Positions 54,304 to 64,000 of a stretch of DNA of 64,000 nucleotides are shown here, one piece after another. Location: positions 1-64,000 of IMG/VR virus record IMGVR_UViG_3300020057_000027; one strand, written 5' to 3'. The translations under genes and the position numbers were made by a program. Numbering within the stretch: the stretch's first letter is position 1; every line of letters begins with the position of its first letter. Source of the DNA: a virus. The notes under the pieces are model-generated. The model was given only the letters and a program-made list of their open reading frames with translations. It was not told the origin of the DNA and ran no database searches.

Positions 54304-55938
54304 ATGACTGATGAAGAACAGAAGACCAAACGACACGAAGCATTAACAAAACTAACACAGATGTCCCAAGATATGGGTTTATATGATACACCTGAAGACA
54401 GAATTGTCCGAGTCCTAGATAAAGGATTTGTTCGTCTAGTTGATAGTATGGGTAATGATAGTTCTATCGTACAAGCTGCCAGAGTTTCTTATGGAGAAGG
54501 CACTAAGAAAGTTAGTGAAGATGAAGGCCTCATTAGATATCTTCTAAGACATAGACATACTACACCAATGGAGATGGTTCAATTTAAGTTCCACGTTAAG
54601 GCGCCAATATTTGTTATTCGCCAATGGCACCGCCATAGAACTTGGTGTTTATCTGGAGATACCGAATTGTGGTATGATAGTCCTAGTTCAATCAGAGAAG
54701 GCACAAAAGGTAGAAATAAAATTACTATTGCAGATTTTTATGATAAATGGCACCACGGCGCCAAGCCTATTACTACACAAGATGGTATTATTATGAGAAT
54801 GCCATTAAAAAAATATTTAGAAAAAAGATCATTCAGGTGTTTGAATGAAGAAAATAAAACCATAGAACATACCAATATTACTGACGTATGGAAATCTGGC
54901 ATTAAACATATATTTGAAATTGAGTTAGAAAACGGATATAAAATAAAAACATCTCAAGATCATTTATTTTATACTGAAAATGGTTGGAAAAAATTAAAGG
55001 AGTTTGTTGGCATAAAAAATACAGATATTGTGTATTGGGATGATATTTCTCTTTATACTAACGGACAGTCAGTAAATTCTAGTTATTTTGAAAAAGGTAG
55101 TATTCCTTGGAATAATAATATAAAAATCCCACCAGAAGAAAAGAAAGCAAAATGTCATCGGGGTCATCACTTGGTAGGTAAACTAAGCAAAATTAAAAAA
55201 GTCTCTTATGTGGGACAGGAATATACCTATGATATCTCCGTTTCTGGTTCTTTTCATAATTTTATTGCTAATGGTTTTGTAGTCCATAATTCTTATAATG
55301 AAGAATCAGGAAGATATTCTGAAATGAAAAATGAATATTATGTTCCAGATCCCAGTAAAGTCACCTTTCAAAATCCTAATAATAAACAAGGCGGCACAGA
55401 TGATATCATAACACCTTTTAATATTAAGAATCCTGATGATTGGTGGGATTGTTTAACTCCAGAACAAATTGCTTCTACTTGGAACTGGCAGAAATATTTT
55501 GAAGACGAACAAAAATTAACTAGACATAATTATGAAAGATATTTGAATAGTGGAATGAGAAAAGAGTTAGCAAGAATTAATCTTCCTTTAGCTCAATATT
55601 CTCAGATGTATGGATGTGTAGATCTACATAATCTCTTCCACTTCTTGAAGTTGCGCCAAGATCCTCATGCACAATATGAGATTAGAGTTTATGCTGATGC
55701 GTTGCTTCAGTTAATCCAACCTATTGTTCCTGTGGCAGTTAAAGCATATGAAGATTATATTCTTAATTCTGTTACATTAACAGGTAAAGATATAGAAGCA
55801 TTGAAAGATGCACTACGTTCTGTGGATGAAAGTTTATTTTTTGGTAGTGCTATCGGCTCGGCCGCCAATACTGTTTTTTCCAATAAGAGAGAAAAAGATG
55901 AATTCCTAGCAAAAATTCAACGTCTAAAACATATATAG
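54304..55938 (+). CDS. thyX: Flavin-dependent thymidylate synthase with intein
   Basis: AARVSY, RQW.RHRTW|intein|[22 protein letters not shown]. Confidence 0.95.
   Translation: MTDEEQKTKRHEALTKLTQMSQDMGLYDTPEDRIVRVLDKGFVRLVDSMGNDSSIVQAARVSYGEGTKKVSEDEGLIRYLLRHRHTTPMEMVQFKFHVKAPIFVIRQWHRHRTWCLSGDTELWYDSPSSIREGTKGRNKITIADFYDKWHHGAKPITTQDGIIMRMPLKKYLEKRSFRCLNEENKTIEHTNITDVWKSGIKHIFEIELENGYKIKTSQDHLFYTENGWKKLKEFVGIKNTDIVYWDDISLYTNGQSVNSSYFEKGSIPWNNNIKIPPEEKKAKCHRGHHLVGKLSKIKKVSYVGQEYTYDISVSGSFHNFIANGFVVHNSYNEESGRYSEMKNEYYVPDPSKVTFQNPNNKQGGTDDIITPFNIKNPDDWWDCLTPEQIASTWNWQKYFEDEQKLTRHNYERYLNSGMRKELARINLPLAQYSQMYGCVDLHNLFHFLKLRQDPHAQYEIRVYADALLQLIQPIVPVAVKAYEDYILNSVTLTGKDIEALKDALRSVDESLFFGSAIGSAANTVFSNKREKDEFLAKIQRLKHI
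54646..55290 (+). mobile_element. Intein (215 aa) in ThyX, endonuclease apparently lost
   Basis: Starts CLSGDT, block B KTSQDH, ends VVHN|S. Confidence 0.92.
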
Positions 55939-55983
55939 TATTAGGTCGTCTATACCTAATATAAAAAGGGTAAGTGAAACATA

Positions 55984-57402
55984 ATGAAATCAAAAATTAG
56001 TTTTGTATTTGGATTAATATTTTCTGTTATTGTGTTGGGTGGAATTCTTACACGAAACAATTTTTTTCAATTCGCAGATACGGTAACTCCAGGTCAATCG
56101 GGATTTTTTGATCCTAATCATCCAACCAGAGTCGCATATAGAGAAACACGAGAAAGAAAACTTGTAAACGTTGGCCGCGCTCCATTTGCTATTGCTGCCA
56201 ATAAATTTGATTGTAAGTCTTTTGTTTCTTCATTAAAAGATTTAGATTTTGTGCATATTTCATGGCTTTTTAATACTTTCGGAACTAAGTATTCTTGTCT
56301 GAATAAAATCTTAGATGATCCAAGATTAATAACACTTCAAACTAATTTAATTAATGAGCCAGGACACAGAAACAGACGTTTAGAAAAACATGAGTTTCTG
56401 TATAATATTTCTAGTCCACAAAAATTTGATCAACTATTAAAATCTCGTAATCCAAAGCTTAAAGCACAGTTTGATAAGTATGTTGGGCCCCTTCAAGATC
56501 TTTTAGTTTCAAGACTTCAACCACAAACAGAATGTTTAATCAATCCTGGACTTGAAAGTAATGTTAGTAGCAGAGCCGCAAAAGTTTTAAATGAATGGGC
56601 AAGAGAAGCTTTTCCTTTCTGTAAAATCATTTGGAATCCAATAGCAAAAGCTAATACACCTGTAAATAGTGGTGCTGATCTTATAGAGCAACATGGCTGG
56701 GAACCAACATTCAAAACACATTCGTGTACTTTTAACAATGACGGTTCTGATATTAATTTTCCAGAGCGTAAAGCTGGATCAGCATTAGCACATGAAAAAG
56801 ATCCACTATCACCGAAAAATTATGTCAATTCTGGTAATGCTTTACAGTATGAAATACAAGAATATGCTAATCAATGCAAAGTAATCTATTTGTGGACTGT
56901 TGAAGATAATTGTTTTGCTTATGATAATGTAACTGCGCCTTGGGCACCTCCAACTAAAAGACCGTGTAAAGTAGGTCCAGTAAATAGATTGGTAGCAAAA
57001 GAAATAAAAACTGCTCATACGCAGAGAGAAGTTGAACCAAAAAGTTTTGAGTACACCGACGAAGAAGAAGCTGCCTTTGCTGGCTGCTCTGAGATTAGAA
57101 AGCCAAATGACGGCGCGAAAAAAGGTTTCTTATTAAAACAATCAGAATTTTCTGATCGTGGTGGTGCGTTGTTGTTACCTAGTAATCTTCGTGGTGTAGA
57201 TAGCGCAACAGTAGTATATAAAAATAAAAAAGTAGACTCATATAAATTCTCAGGAATTTATGGGCACGATAGCTCAGGTAGACCATTATGGAGAAGTGAT
57301 GTGTCTCCTTTGAAATATCCCTATCGTTCAACACTTATTTTGAAAGACGGTAATAAAAAAATTTGTTACCGCTTAAGTAATCCTAAAATTCGTAACGATT
57401 AG
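55984..57402 (+). CDS. Hypothetical membrane-anchored/secreted protein
   Basis: N-terminal hydrophobic helix, paired Cys; no family recognised. Confidence 0.7.
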   Translation: MKSKISFVFGLIFSVIVLGGILTRNNFFQFADTVTPGQSGFFDPNHPTRVAYRETRERKLVNVGRAPFAIAANKFDCKSFVSSLKDLDFVHISWLFNTFGTKYSCLNKILDDPRLITLQTNLINEPGHRNRRLEKHEFLYNISSPQKFDQLLKSRNPKLKAQFDKYVGPLQDLLVSRLQPQTECLINPGLESNVSSRAAKVLNEWAREAFPFCKIIWNPIAKANTPVNSGADLIEQHGWEPTFKTHSCTFNNDGSDINFPERKAGSALAHEKDPLSPKNYVNSGNALQYEIQEYANQCKVIYLWTVEDNCFAYDNVTAPWAPPTKRPCKVGPVNRLVAKEIKTAHTQREVEPKSFEYTDEEEAAFAGCSEIRKPNDGAKKGFLLKQSEFSDRGGALLLPSNLRGVDSATVVYKNKKVDSYKFSGIYGHDSSGRPLWRSDVSPLKYPYRSTLILKDGNKKICYRLSNPKIRND

Positions 57403-57430
57403 GCCCAAAGAAAAAATAAATATTCACTCA

Positions 57431-57462
57431 AGAGGGACAGAGTTCTTTACTACTGTCCCTCT
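57431..57462. other. Hairpin upstream of nrdJ (terminator or regulatory)
   Basis: agagggacag...ctgtccctct inverted repeat. Confidence 0.6.
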
Positions 57463-57515
57463 TTCTGTTATACTCTTCAAGACAAGAAGTTTTATGTTAA
57501 TTATTAAGGTGCAAA

Positions 57516-60149
57516 ATGCAGAATCTTCCCTCCTTGTATCAGGAATTCATCCATCTTTCACGCTATTCAAGATGGGTGCCAGAAGAAAAGCGAAGAGAGA
57601 CATGGGAAGAAACAGTAAAAAGATATTTTACATTCTTTGAAGTTCATCTTAAAGAACGCACAGGTTACGAATTAAAAAAATCTGATCGTAGCGAATTAGA
57701 AAAAGCAATTTTGGAATTAAAAGTGATGCCTTCAATGCGGTGTCTAATGACAGCAGGAGAAGCATTGAAGAGAGATGAAGCTGCCGGATATAATTGTTCA
57801 TTCATAGCAATAGACAATCCAAGATCATTTGATGAAATACTTTATATTTTAAGCTGTGGAACAGGAGTAGGTTTTTCCGTTGAAAGACAGTATGTTAGCC
57901 AACTACCTGTAATTGCTGAATCGTTCTATGGGACGGATAGCACAATAGTAGTACAAGATAGCAGAATAGGGTGGGCTAAAGCTCTTAAAGAGCTTCTAGG
58001 GTTGTTATATCAGGGTCAGATACCACAGATAGACACTAGCAAGGTAAGACCGGCAGGAGCGGTCCTAAAGACCTTTGGAGGTCGTGCTAGTGGTCCCCAG
58101 CCGCTAATAGAGCTATTTAACTTCTGTATACGAGTTTTTCGTAGTGCTAGTGGTCGTAAGTTGCAGTCTATAGAATGTCACGATATTGTATGCAAGATCG
58201 CGGAGGTTATCGTGGTGGGCGGCGTGAGACGTTCTGCCCTTATCTCATTGAGTAATCTATCAGATGATAGAATGAGAAATGCTAAATCAGGACAATGGTG
58301 GGTTGAAAATGTTCAAAGAGCTTTGGCTAATAATTCTGCTTGTTATACTGAAAAGCCTGATGTTGCTGTTTTCATGGATGAGTGGAAATCTCTTTATGAA
58401 TCTCGTAGCGGTGAGAGAGGAATATTCAATCTTGTTGCTGCGAAGAAATCAGCAGAAGCAGGAGGCAGAAGAGATCCTTTAAAAGTTGCTGGAACAAATC
58501 CGTGTGTTCCGGGGGACACAAGAATATTAACTAAAGACGGCTATGTTGAAATTGCCAAAACGGTCGGTAAAGAAGTGGAAATTTGGAATGGGCTTGAGTG
58601 GTCGGTAGTAAGGCCATTTAGCACAGGCATCAACGACTTGATGGAAATAACATTTTCAGATGGTAGTAATTTAAAATGTACTCCGTATCACAAATTTGTT
58701 TTAGATGATGGGAGAACAAAAAGCAAGATAGTCAAAAGGAAGGAAAAAAGGGTCGAAGCAAAAGATCTAAAACTTAACGACCGACTATTTAAATATAATA
58801 TGCCCGCCGTCAAGTTGTCTGATGCAATAGATCCGACAATCGATGCTTACTCGCAAGGATTTTATTCTGGTGATGGGTGTAGTGATAATACATCCTCATA
58901 TCTATATGAAACAAAATATTCATGCGAACCCCGCCTAAAAGGCAATTTTGGAAAACTTGAATCTAATAGAAAACGATGGGTGCATGGGGCGATGTTGCCA
59001 AAAACGTTTGTTCCGTTAAATTCGTCTTTGGTATATTGTCTAAATTGGTTTGCTGGTTTGTGTGATTCTGATGGTACTGTGACGAGAGATATTAACAGTT
59101 CCGGTATACAGATTTGTTCGGTCGACCTTGAGTTTCTTAAAGATACAAAATTAATGCTGTCGAGATTATCAGTAAAAGCTAAAATTGTCGATGGTAGAGA
59201 AGAAGGCACTTATACTATCGCTACAGGCACGTATGTTTGCAAAAAACAATACCGCATATTAGTTGGTAACGCCGACACGGCAAAATTAATCTCGTTGGGG
59301 TTAAAAACGGAAAGATTAGTATTTGATAAAATTAAACCACAAAGAGATGCGCGACGTTTTATTACCGTGGTTGCTGTGAAAAACTTAGACAAAAAACAAG
59401 AAACTTTTTGCTTTACGGAGCCAAAAAATAATACAGGGACCTTTGAGGGTATAGTAACAGGGCAGTGTGCCGAGATACTCTTGCGTAATCGAGGCTTTTG
59501 TAACTTATCTGAAGTAGTAGTAAGAGCAGATGACACAAAAGAAAGTTTATTAAAAAAAGTTGAGTTGGCAACAATATTAGGAACGTTTCAATCAACGCTA
59601 ACTAAGTTCCGATATCTTACTAAAGATTGGGAAAAAAATGCAGAAGAAGAAAGATTACTTGGCGTTTCTTTAACTGGCATATTAGATAATGAATTTTTAT
59701 CTACTCCAAGTCCAGAATTACAAACGTTTTTAGAAGAATTAAAAGATCACGCAATTAAAGTAAATAAAAAATGGGCCACAAAATTGGGCATTCCACAATC
59801 TGTGGCAATTACTTGCGTGAAGCCTAGTGGATGTCAAAGTTTGTCGAATAAAATTAAAACCAATTTGGGTGTTCTTTCCTTCGAGGAAATTTTGGATCTA
59901 TGTAAAGTTAAAACTACATTTGCCGACACATGGCATCCCGTAAATATAGACTTATCGGTATTTGATGAAAATAACGAATCGCAGAAGGTTACAAAACTTT
60001 TCATCAACGGAGAGGCTTTGGTGCATGAAATTGAGTTTGAAGATGGCACCACGGCAAAATTCACGTCAAACCATAAACTTTTAACAAAAGATCGTGGTTA
60101 TGTCAGAGTTGACGAATTAAAACCAGAAGATGATATAGTTTCTTTTTAA
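57516..60149 (+). CDS. nrdJ: Class II (B12-dependent) ribonucleotide reductase N-terminal part, with cis intein and split-intein IntN
   Basis: RRETW.E, PSMR, YNCSF, GGVRRSA, GTNP|intein|CAEI, FCNLSE, CVKPSG|IntN. Confidence 0.94.
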   Translation: MQNLPSLYQEFIHLSRYSRWVPEEKRRETWEETVKRYFTFFEVHLKERTGYELKKSDRSELEKAILELKVMPSMRCLMTAGEALKRDEAAGYNCSFIAIDNPRSFDEILYILSCGTGVGFSVERQYVSQLPVIAESFYGTDSTIVVQDSRIGWAKALKELLGLLYQGQIPQIDTSKVRPAGAVLKTFGGRASGPQPLIELFNFCIRVFRSASGRKLQSIECHDIVCKIAEVIVVGGVRRSALISLSNLSDDRMRNAKSGQWWVENVQRALANNSACYTEKPDVAVFMDEWKSLYESRSGERGIFNLVAAKKSAEAGGRRDPLKVAGTNPCVPGDTRILTKDGYVEIAKTVGKEVEIWNGLEWSVVRPFSTGINDLMEITFSDGSNLKCTPYHKFVLDDGRTKSKIVKRKEKRVEAKDLKLNDRLFKYNMPAVKLSDAIDPTIDAYSQGFYSGDGCSDNTSSYLYETKYSCEPRLKGNFGKLESNRKRWVHGAMLPKTFVPLNSSLVYCLNWFAGLCDSDGTVTRDINSSGIQICSVDLEFLKDTKLMLSRLSVKAKIVDGREEGTYTIATGTYVCKKQYRILVGNADTAKLISLGLKTERLVFDKIKPQRDARRFITVVAVKNLDKKQETFCFTEPKNNTGTFEGIVTGQCAEILLRNRGFCNLSEVVVRADDTKESLLKKVELATILGTFQSTLTKFRYLTKDWEKNAEEERLLGVSLTGILDNEFLSTPSPELQTFLEELKDHAIKVNKKWATKLGIPQSVAITCVKPSGCQSLSNKIKTNLGVLSFEEILDLCKVKTTFADTWHPVNIDLSVFDENNESQKVTKLFINGEALVHEIEFEDGTTAKFTSNHKLLTKDRGYVRVDELKPEDDIVSF
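58503..59465 (+). mobile_element. Intein (321 aa) ending in Gln, inserted before the RNR thiyl-radical Cys
   Basis: NP|CVPGDT ... CTPYH ... FAGLCDSDG ... VTGQ|CAE. Confidence 0.92.
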
Positions 60150-60332
60150 ATACACACCAAAAATGCAGAAAATAGAAAGTTTTGAAGAATTTTTAGAAAA
60201 AAACAAACAATTCCGTAGGGGTAGAATATGAAAATAAAATCAATAAAAATTGCTGGCATAGAATTAACGGGAGATGTTGAGGTGGCGAACACACATTCGT
60301 ATCAGTTAGAAAATGGATGCGTCTCTCATAAC
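59832..60332 (+). mobile_element. Naturally split intein in NrdJ: IntN 59832..60146, IntC 60228..60332
   Basis: KPSG|CQSL...FTSNH...ELKPEDDIVSF stop; MKIKSIK...DVEV..THSY...VSHN|TVSQL. Confidence 0.92.
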
Positions 60333-60890
60333 ACAGTTTCACAATTGGCGGACAGCGCATCTGGGATTCATGCAAGACATTCTCCATATTACATTCGCAC
60401 CGTTAGATCTGATATAAAAGATCCATTATGCAAACTGATGAAAGAAATGGGTTTTCCTAATGAGCCAGACGTAACAAAACCTGAACACACTGTTATATTT
60501 TCTTTTCCGGTTAAGGCACCCGATAATTCAATATTCAGATACGATTTAAACGCAATTCAACATTTAGAGTTGTGGTTATTTTATAAAAAATTCTGGGCCG
60601 AGCATACCGTATCAATTACCGTATCAGTAAAAGATAGCGAATGGTTTGACGTTGCCGCATATGTTTATAAACATTTTGATGACATATCTGGAATTTCATT
60701 TTTGCCATTTAGTGATCACGTTTATAAACAAGCGCCATATCAAGATTGCTCCAAAGAAGAATATCAGGCGCTCGTAAATAAAATGCCACAAAACGTAGAT
60801 TGGTCCAAACTTAAAGAATTTGAATCCATAGATAATACTACCAGTTCACAGGAATTGGCGTGCGTTGCCGGTAATTGCGAAATATTATAA
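60228..60890 (+). CDS. nrdJ: Split-intein IntC fused to NrdJ C-terminal part
   Basis: TVSQL.DSASGIH, W.EH..SIT, SGISFLP, YKQAPYQ, C-terminal ELACVAGNCEI. Confidence 0.94.
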   Translation: MKIKSIKIAGIELTGDVEVANTHSYQLENGCVSHNTVSQLADSASGIHARHSPYYIRTVRSDIKDPLCKLMKEMGFPNEPDVTKPEHTVIFSFPVKAPDNSIFRYDLNAIQHLELWLFYKKFWAEHTVSITVSVKDSEWFDVAAYVYKHFDDISGISFLPFSDHVYKQAPYQDCSKEEYQALVNKMPQNVDWSKLKEFESIDNTTSSQELACVAGNCEIL

Positions 60891-60927
60891 ATGCTATATA
60901 AGAGCGTGTTATACAAACAGGATATTA

Positions 60928-61161
60928 ATGCCAAAACAAAAAAAAGTAAAAATAGAATGTGATCACTGTGAAGAAACCTGCACAATCCATTTTAATAAAA
61001 ACGCGGTGCATATTCAGTGTTGTCCTTTCTGTGGAGAGAGCGTAACAGTTCCGGACGGCGACGATAGACCACTACTAAATAGTTTTGAAGACCTTGATGA
61101 ATTTAGCGAAGCCCGTTTCTATGATGAAGACGAGGATATCAGGGATGATGAAGATGAGTAA
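60928..61161 (+). CDS. Small zinc-ribbon protein
   Basis: CDHC...CPFCG, acidic tail; ATG with SD AGGA. Confidence 0.75.
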   Translation: MPKQKKVKIECDHCEETCTIHFNKNAVHIQCCPFCGESVTVPDGDDRPLLNSFEDLDEFSEARFYDEDEDIRDDEDE

Positions 61162-61163
61162 TA

Positions 61164-61781
61164 ATGAAAATAATTGTTGGCATAGATTACAGTATGACAA
61201 GTCCAGCTATCTGTGTTCACAGAGCTGGATGGGGAGAACCATTCTCCTTTTCTAATTGTCGTTTCTATTTTGTCACAGATAGAAAACGATGCATAGTTTC
61301 AGATAAATTCTTTTTTGGTTTTTCTCACGAAGATTATCTTTGTCAAGAACAGAGGTTTGATAACCTTGCAGCCTGGGCAGTTCACAAAATAGATCCAGAA
61401 GCAGAAGTCTATATTGAAGGGTATGCCTTTGGTGCCAAAGGACAAGTGTTTAACATTGGCGAAAACACTGGAGCACTTAAGAAGAAAATTTGGGAACGCA
61501 AAGGTTATTCTCCACAATCATATACAGCATTTACTCCAGGCACTATTAAAAAGTTCGCCGCAGGAAAAGGTAATGCTGATAAAGTTATGATGCATGAAGC
61601 TTTCGTAAAAGAGACTGCTATAAAATTAGATGTTCATTTTGGAGTTAATCCAGGAGATAGTCCTATATCAGATATCGTAGATGCATACTACATTTGTAAA
61701 TTTGGATATAATCACTTCTATAAAATAGATCAAAAGGATGAACCAAAAGTGAAGCAGACTATAGCTAAGAAGAAAAAGTAG
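61164..61781 (+). CDS. RuvC-like nuclease / Holliday junction resolvase
   Basis: GIDYS, IEGYA, KK.A.GKGNA.K, DI.DA. Confidence 0.85.
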   Translation: MKIIVGIDYSMTSPAICVHRAGWGEPFSFSNCRFYFVTDRKRCIVSDKFFFGFSHEDYLCQEQRFDNLAAWAVHKIDPEAEVYIEGYAFGAKGQVFNIGENTGALKKKIWERKGYSPQSYTAFTPGTIKKFAAGKGNADKVMMHEAFVKETAIKLDVHFGVNPGDSPISDIVDAYYICKFGYNHFYKIDQKDEPKVKQTIAKKKK

Positions 61782-61908
61782 CATCCTATTGATTTGTGTG
61801 TCTTTAACCTACTGATATCACACAACTATAAAACATAAATTTTTGCTTTACATCCGCTTGTTATAGTGTTATTATACTATTATAATGAACTTTAATAATG
61901 AGTAATGT

Positions 61909-62169
61909 ATGGAATTAAAAGAAATTCAAGAAAAGCTTTTGGAGAATGTTTGTAAGGTTGTGTTTACCAAAGTTGATGGAACAGAACGCACTATGAATTG
62001 TACGTTGAAGGTTGATTTGCTTCCAGAACAAAAAGAGTTTCATTCAAAATCAGAACAGAGACGAGTTGAAGCTACTTTACCTCCAACTTCAGTTAGAGTG
62101 TTTGATCTTGATAAGAAAGACTGGCGAGCATTTAGAATTGATTCGGTTAAATCATTTGAGATCGTATAA
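61909..62169 (+). CDS. Small SH3/WYL-like domain protein
   Basis: V.FTKVDGTER.M.CTL, VFDLDK..WR.FR. Confidence 0.75.
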   Translation: MELKEIQEKLLENVCKVVFTKVDGTERTMNCTLKVDLLPEQKEFHSKSEQRRVEATLPPTSVRVFDLDKKDWRAFRIDSVKSFEIV

Positions 62170-63293
62170 TGTCTGGCGTAACCTCTGTTGAACGTAAAGC
62201 AAGACGCAATCACGCGATCTTAGAAGCTATGGGCGGAGAACCAGTTTGGGACCTGAAGAAGGATATTTCCCAAATAGGTTCTCTGCTTAATTGGTACAGT
62301 CAAAATAAAGATTCTACCGATGGTCAAAAATATTTTGTTCAATATTTCAAAAGAGAAAACAAGCCCGCATTAGAGATTAAGCATTTAGAAAAACTTAAAC
62401 CGTGGGAGATTGGCACACACGGATGGTTAGCTAGAATTGTAGCATTAACTGAGCCTAGACCTGAAGAGCTAGTTAAAAAGCTAGATGAAAAATATGCAAC
62501 ATTAATAGCTGGAATTGTACCAGAAGTTCCAGAGGTTGTAGAAGTTAAAAAAGAATTACCAAACATTCAAGATAGATTACAAGAACAACTATCAGAATAT
62601 ATGTCCGAAGTTGAAGGTTGGATAGATGATTTTTTTGAAAATAAATTTGAATCAAAAATAGTTCCATTTGAATGGTTCAAAGAGAAACAGATCAAACCAT
62701 TACAGATTAAAAATCTCAGTGAGCATTATAAAAATCATAATTTAGCTGAACTTAAACTGGCACAATCAGGTAAAGATGACCAGTTAGTTGAAGCTTATGA
62801 ATTTTTAGGTAAATCTGGCTTAAAGAAAATAATTGGTTTTATTGAAACTATTATAGAAGGTGCCGACAAGTGGTACGATATTTCTAAACAGCTATCTTCT
62901 CTTGGAAGAAAACCTAGAATTAAAAAGACGAAACCAGCAATCAAACAGATTGCAAAATTAAAATACTTAAAAGAGAGTGGTGAGTTTAAGAGTATAGATC
63001 CAATCAAAGTTATTGGTGCCGAACAGTTATGGGTATATAACGTAAAGTATAGAACACTTGGAGTTTATGTGTGTTCTAATCCACACGGCTTTCAAATTAA
63101 AGGTTGTACAATCTTGAACTTTGATGAAAAAGAATCTTCAGCTAAGAAGTTGCGAAAACCTGAAGAGGTTATTCCGAAAGTCCTAGAAGCAGGTAAAGTA
63201 GCTTTACGTAAGATACTTCCAACAGTGCGAGCAAAGGAAAAGAAGTTGACTGGAAGAATCAATAAAGATACAATACTAATTAAAGTCATATGA
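62169..63293 (+). CDS. Conserved T4-like hypothetical protein
   Basis: L.EAY, S..P..IIGA..LW.YN.K.R, KKLRKP, GRIN..T. Confidence 0.75.
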   Translation: MSGVTSVERKARRNHAILEAMGGEPVWDLKKDISQIGSLLNWYSQNKDSTDGQKYFVQYFKRENKPALEIKHLEKLKPWEIGTHGWLARIVALTEPRPEELVKKLDEKYATLIAGIVPEVPEVVEVKKELPNIQDRLQEQLSEYMSEVEGWIDDFFENKFESKIVPFEWFKEKQIKPLQIKNLSEHYKNHNLAELKLAQSGKDDQLVEAYEFLGKSGLKKIIGFIETIIEGADKWYDISKQLSSLGRKPRIKKTKPAIKQIAKLKYLKESGEFKSIDPIKVIGAEQLWVYNVKYRTLGVYVCSNPHGFQIKGCTILNFDEKESSAKKLRKPEEVIPKVLEAGKVALRKILPTVRAKEKKLTGRINKDTILIKVI

Positions 63294-64000
63294 AAACAAT
63301 ATTTTTTGATTTAGAAACTACAGACCTCAATTTTGTTGGGCAGATATTAAACTACGCTTTTGTTGCTGTAGATAGTAGCTGGAAGATCACAGATACTCTT
63401 CACGGTACGATTAAAGTATCTCCGCTTCAGTTACCATCTCCGTATGCTATTCTTGCTAATCGGGTTGATTTGATTAAACACCAAGAGACAGCAGAAGATA
63501 CAGAGCCTAATGCGATGTTAAAAATTCGTCATTGGTTGGATGATGTTATTGAGAAAGAAAAAGATCCAGTTAAGCTGATTGGTTTTAACTCTGTTAGATT
63601 TGACGTTCCTTTTCTTAGAACTTCTATGATAAGAAACGGAATCAATCCGTATCATCCTCAGTTAAGATATGGAGATGTACTTCACGTTGCACAGAAGTTA
63701 GCAGCAGTAAATCCTTCTTTTGATGCTATGCTTGGAGTAAATAAGTCCTTGAAGCTTGAAAGACTTTGCCAATTAGAAAATATAATGCAAGGTAAGCAGA
63801 CACACGAAAGTTTAGATGACGTGTTAATCACTATTGAACTAGCAAAACACTTTTCTAATAACTATGGTATTGATGTTAGGTCGTGGTCAGAATATGAAGC
63901 GAAGAAATTTGAAGACGGAAAGAAAGTTGTTATAAAAGTCTTTCCAGAGAAAGATGCTAAGTATCATCAAGATGAATATGCTAACAATAAAACTTCAGCA
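63290..64000 (+). CDS. DEDDh 3'-5' exonuclease (exonuclease I-like), 3'-truncated by the window
   Basis: MKTIFFDLETT, GFNSVRFD, HESLDDV; frame open to the window end. Confidence 0.8.
   Translation, partial: MKTIFFDLETTDLNFVGQILNYAFVAVDSSWKITDTLHGTIKVSPLQLPSPYAILANRVDLIKHQETAEDTEPNAMLKIRHWLDDVIEKEKDPVKLIGFNSVRFDVPFLRTSMIRNGINPYHPQLRYGDVLHVAQKLAAVNPSFDAMLGVNKSLKLERLCQLENIMQGKQTHESLDDVLITIELAKHFSNNYGIDVRSWSEYEAKKFEDGKKVVIKVFPEKDAKYHQDEYANNKTSA

Noticed and set aside
60147-60227. Single sequencing error or stop-codon readthrough in nrdJ
   Set aside because: At least two in-frame stops of different types, and IntC has its own ATG and SD-like AGGGG
1-64000. Alternative genetic code, tRNA genes, diversity-generating retroelement
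   Set aside because: Conserved genes are intact under the standard code and end in TAA, TAG or TGA; no cloverleaf or reverse transcriptase seen by eye

Overview
This AT-rich window comes from a large T4-like myovirus with a distant, cyanophage/Far-T4-like gene order. Almost all genes are on the + strand. It runs from a putative fibre module and the head genes (gp22 scaffold, gp23 major capsid, gp3) through recombination, replication and transcription genes (uvsY, uvsW, gp55, gp47/46, gp45/44/62, regA, gp43, uvsX, gp41, gp61). It also carries nucleotide metabolism genes (dUTPase, ThyX, class II RNR), lysis genes, three DNA methyltransferases and two free-standing GIY-YIG endonucleases. Main highlights: (1) Three essential genes are fractured. 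gp41 helicase and NrdJ are each split inside an intein (two predicted trans-splicing split inteins with only short scars in the gaps). gp43 polymerase is split in the fingers without an intein, with a phosphoesterase and a putative restriction-modification pair in between. (2) Four further cis inteins occur in UvsW, gp43A, ThyX and NrdJ; the NrdJ one ends in Gln. (3) A late-expressed cluster of enzymes has T4-type capsid-targeting N-termini (ligase-motif protein, HIGH nucleotidyltransferase-ParB fusion, HAD nucleotidase), possibly a virion-packaged, injected repair or anti-defence kit. (4) Other oddities are a perfect 3x54-bp intergenic tandem repeat, orphan antitoxin-like genes, recurrent leaderless sigma70-type promoters and a GNAT/2OG-Fe(II) oxygenase pair. 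I saw no tRNA, rRNA or CRISPR array. All family assignments come from motif recognition by eye, not from database searches.
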